Notes under the pieces: generated by a model
Seen by the model: the letters and a program-made list of their open reading frames with translations, nothing else
What the model was told of the DNA's origin: nothing
Database searches by the model: none
Translations under genes and position numbers: made by a program
Assembly: GCA_000708835.1 (NCBI GenBank)
Contig: DF237264.1
Location: 40,841 to 104,840, forward strand
Origin: Klebsormidium nitens
Taxonomy: Eukaryota; Plantae; Klebsormidiophyceae
Direction: 5' to 3'
DNA length: 64,000 nt
Shown: positions 62,940 to 64,000 of the stretch, in pieces
How positions within the stretch are numbered: the stretch's first letter is position 1
Layout of the letters: each line of letters opens with the position of its first letter

Positions 62940-63689
62940 GTAGGTAGGGCGTTTGGAAGGTGCAAAAGGTGTTGTTGACTTCTGGGTCCACATCGCTTTT
63001 GGAAGATACGGGTGAAAGCCGTGCCAAAGTGTTCCGGATTGTGAACACTGGATTTGTATTTGAAGATTGGTGTGAGACCGCATTATGCATACCAGTCTTG
63101 GGCAGACCGTCTGGTGATTGAAACTTCCAGGTTGTGCAGCAGTGCAGTGGGCTAAAGCAGATAGCCCTTCATCGAGAAGCAATGACTAATGTGTAGACCT
63201 TGCTGGATACGAATGGAGAACAATGCCCTGTGTGGCTGTTGCGACAATATTATTGCGAAGGCAACCTCAAATGAAGAAGGATGTCTGAAGCAAGGGGGAT
63301 ATAGGTCAGCGTGGGATTTTTGAATGAACTGTCTTGACTCATTTGGAAGCTTTAGCTACTATCTAGATCAAAGGCTTACCCAATTCCTATGGCCGGCCTC
63401 TTAGGAGGCTGGTTTGAAAAGCGAGCTCATTTAGGGTTCCTCCCTTTAATCGCAGATCAATATAGGCGTAGATCAATCATGACGAGATGCTGCTCTGCCT
63501 CTGATTGGATTCCAAGCTTCCCTCCAAGCTCCCAGAAAATTGTACCTTTTCAAAAATCGCGCTTTGAATTGAGAAAGTACTAATGGGGCGCGAAGATATA
63601 CAGTTTCTTCAATTTCATCATTACTTTGCTTATATATATAGGGGTATATAACTATACGTCATCCGTATAACCTCTATATATATACCCTA

Positions 63690-64000
63690 TGCCCCCCTAT
63701 ACCCCCGTTTCACAACCCTCAATCTTCTTCATTTCCCCTTGGGGCCCGGGCCCCTATACCCCTGGTTCGCTGCCTTCATCTTCTTCATTTCCCTTTGAGG
63801 CCCGGGCCCCCTATACCCCTATTTCGCGCCCCTCATCTTCTTCATTTCCCCTTGGGGCCCGGGCCCTTATACCCCCGTTTCACGCCCCTCATCTTCTTCA
63901 TTTCTCTTTGGGGCCCGGGCCCCTATACCCCCGTTTCGCGCCCCTCATCTTCTTCATTTCCCCTTGGGCCCCGGTTCCCTATACCCCCGTTTCACGCCCC
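63690..64000. repeat. 56-bp tandem minisatellite, at least 5.5 units, continuing past the window end
   Basis: ATCTTCTTC starts at 63722, 63778, 63835, 63891 and 63947. Consensus CATCTTCTTCATTTCCCCTTGGGGCCCGGGCCCCTATACCCCCGTTTCACGCCCCT. Confidence 0.95.

Noticed and set aside
63690-64000. CRISPR-like array
   Set aside because: The units are contiguous and near-identical with no unique spacers, there are no cas genes, and the context is eukaryotic.

Overview
Intron-rich eukaryotic genomic DNA (GT-AG introns, about 52% GC, CpG not depleted). The gene set and style suggest a streptophyte green alga such as Klebsormidium; this is inference, not a database result. I rebuilt spliced models by hand and checked exon phases. 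(1) A 3'-truncated SGNH/PC-esterase (TBL-like) type II membrane protein on the minus strand. (2) An 18-exon, ~2,034-aa minus-strand gene that appears to fuse a fungal-type GT71 (MNN1/MNN2-like) mannosyltransferase to a ~630-aa Thr/Pro mucin-like stalk, Ig-like domains and a multi-pass membrane module; this is the best candidate for an undescribed system. (3) A ~1,439-aa RNA-binding protein with 3 RRMs, RGG, a zinc finger, a dsRBD and a Q/Y-rich tail. (4) A ~983-aa acidic/coiled-coil protein. (5) A small multi-TM protein. (6) A flotillin with an N-terminal hydrophobic anchor. (7) One exon of a pepsin-like aspartic protease. Non-coding features are a hAT-type MITE with an 8-bp TSD, a second MITE, and a 56-bp minisatellite at the window end. 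Two window-wide signals stand out: about 19 copies of the palindrome TGACGTCA (about 1 expected), and decayed duplicate splice junctions inside the introns of four genes. No rRNA, tRNA or CRISPR array is supportable.
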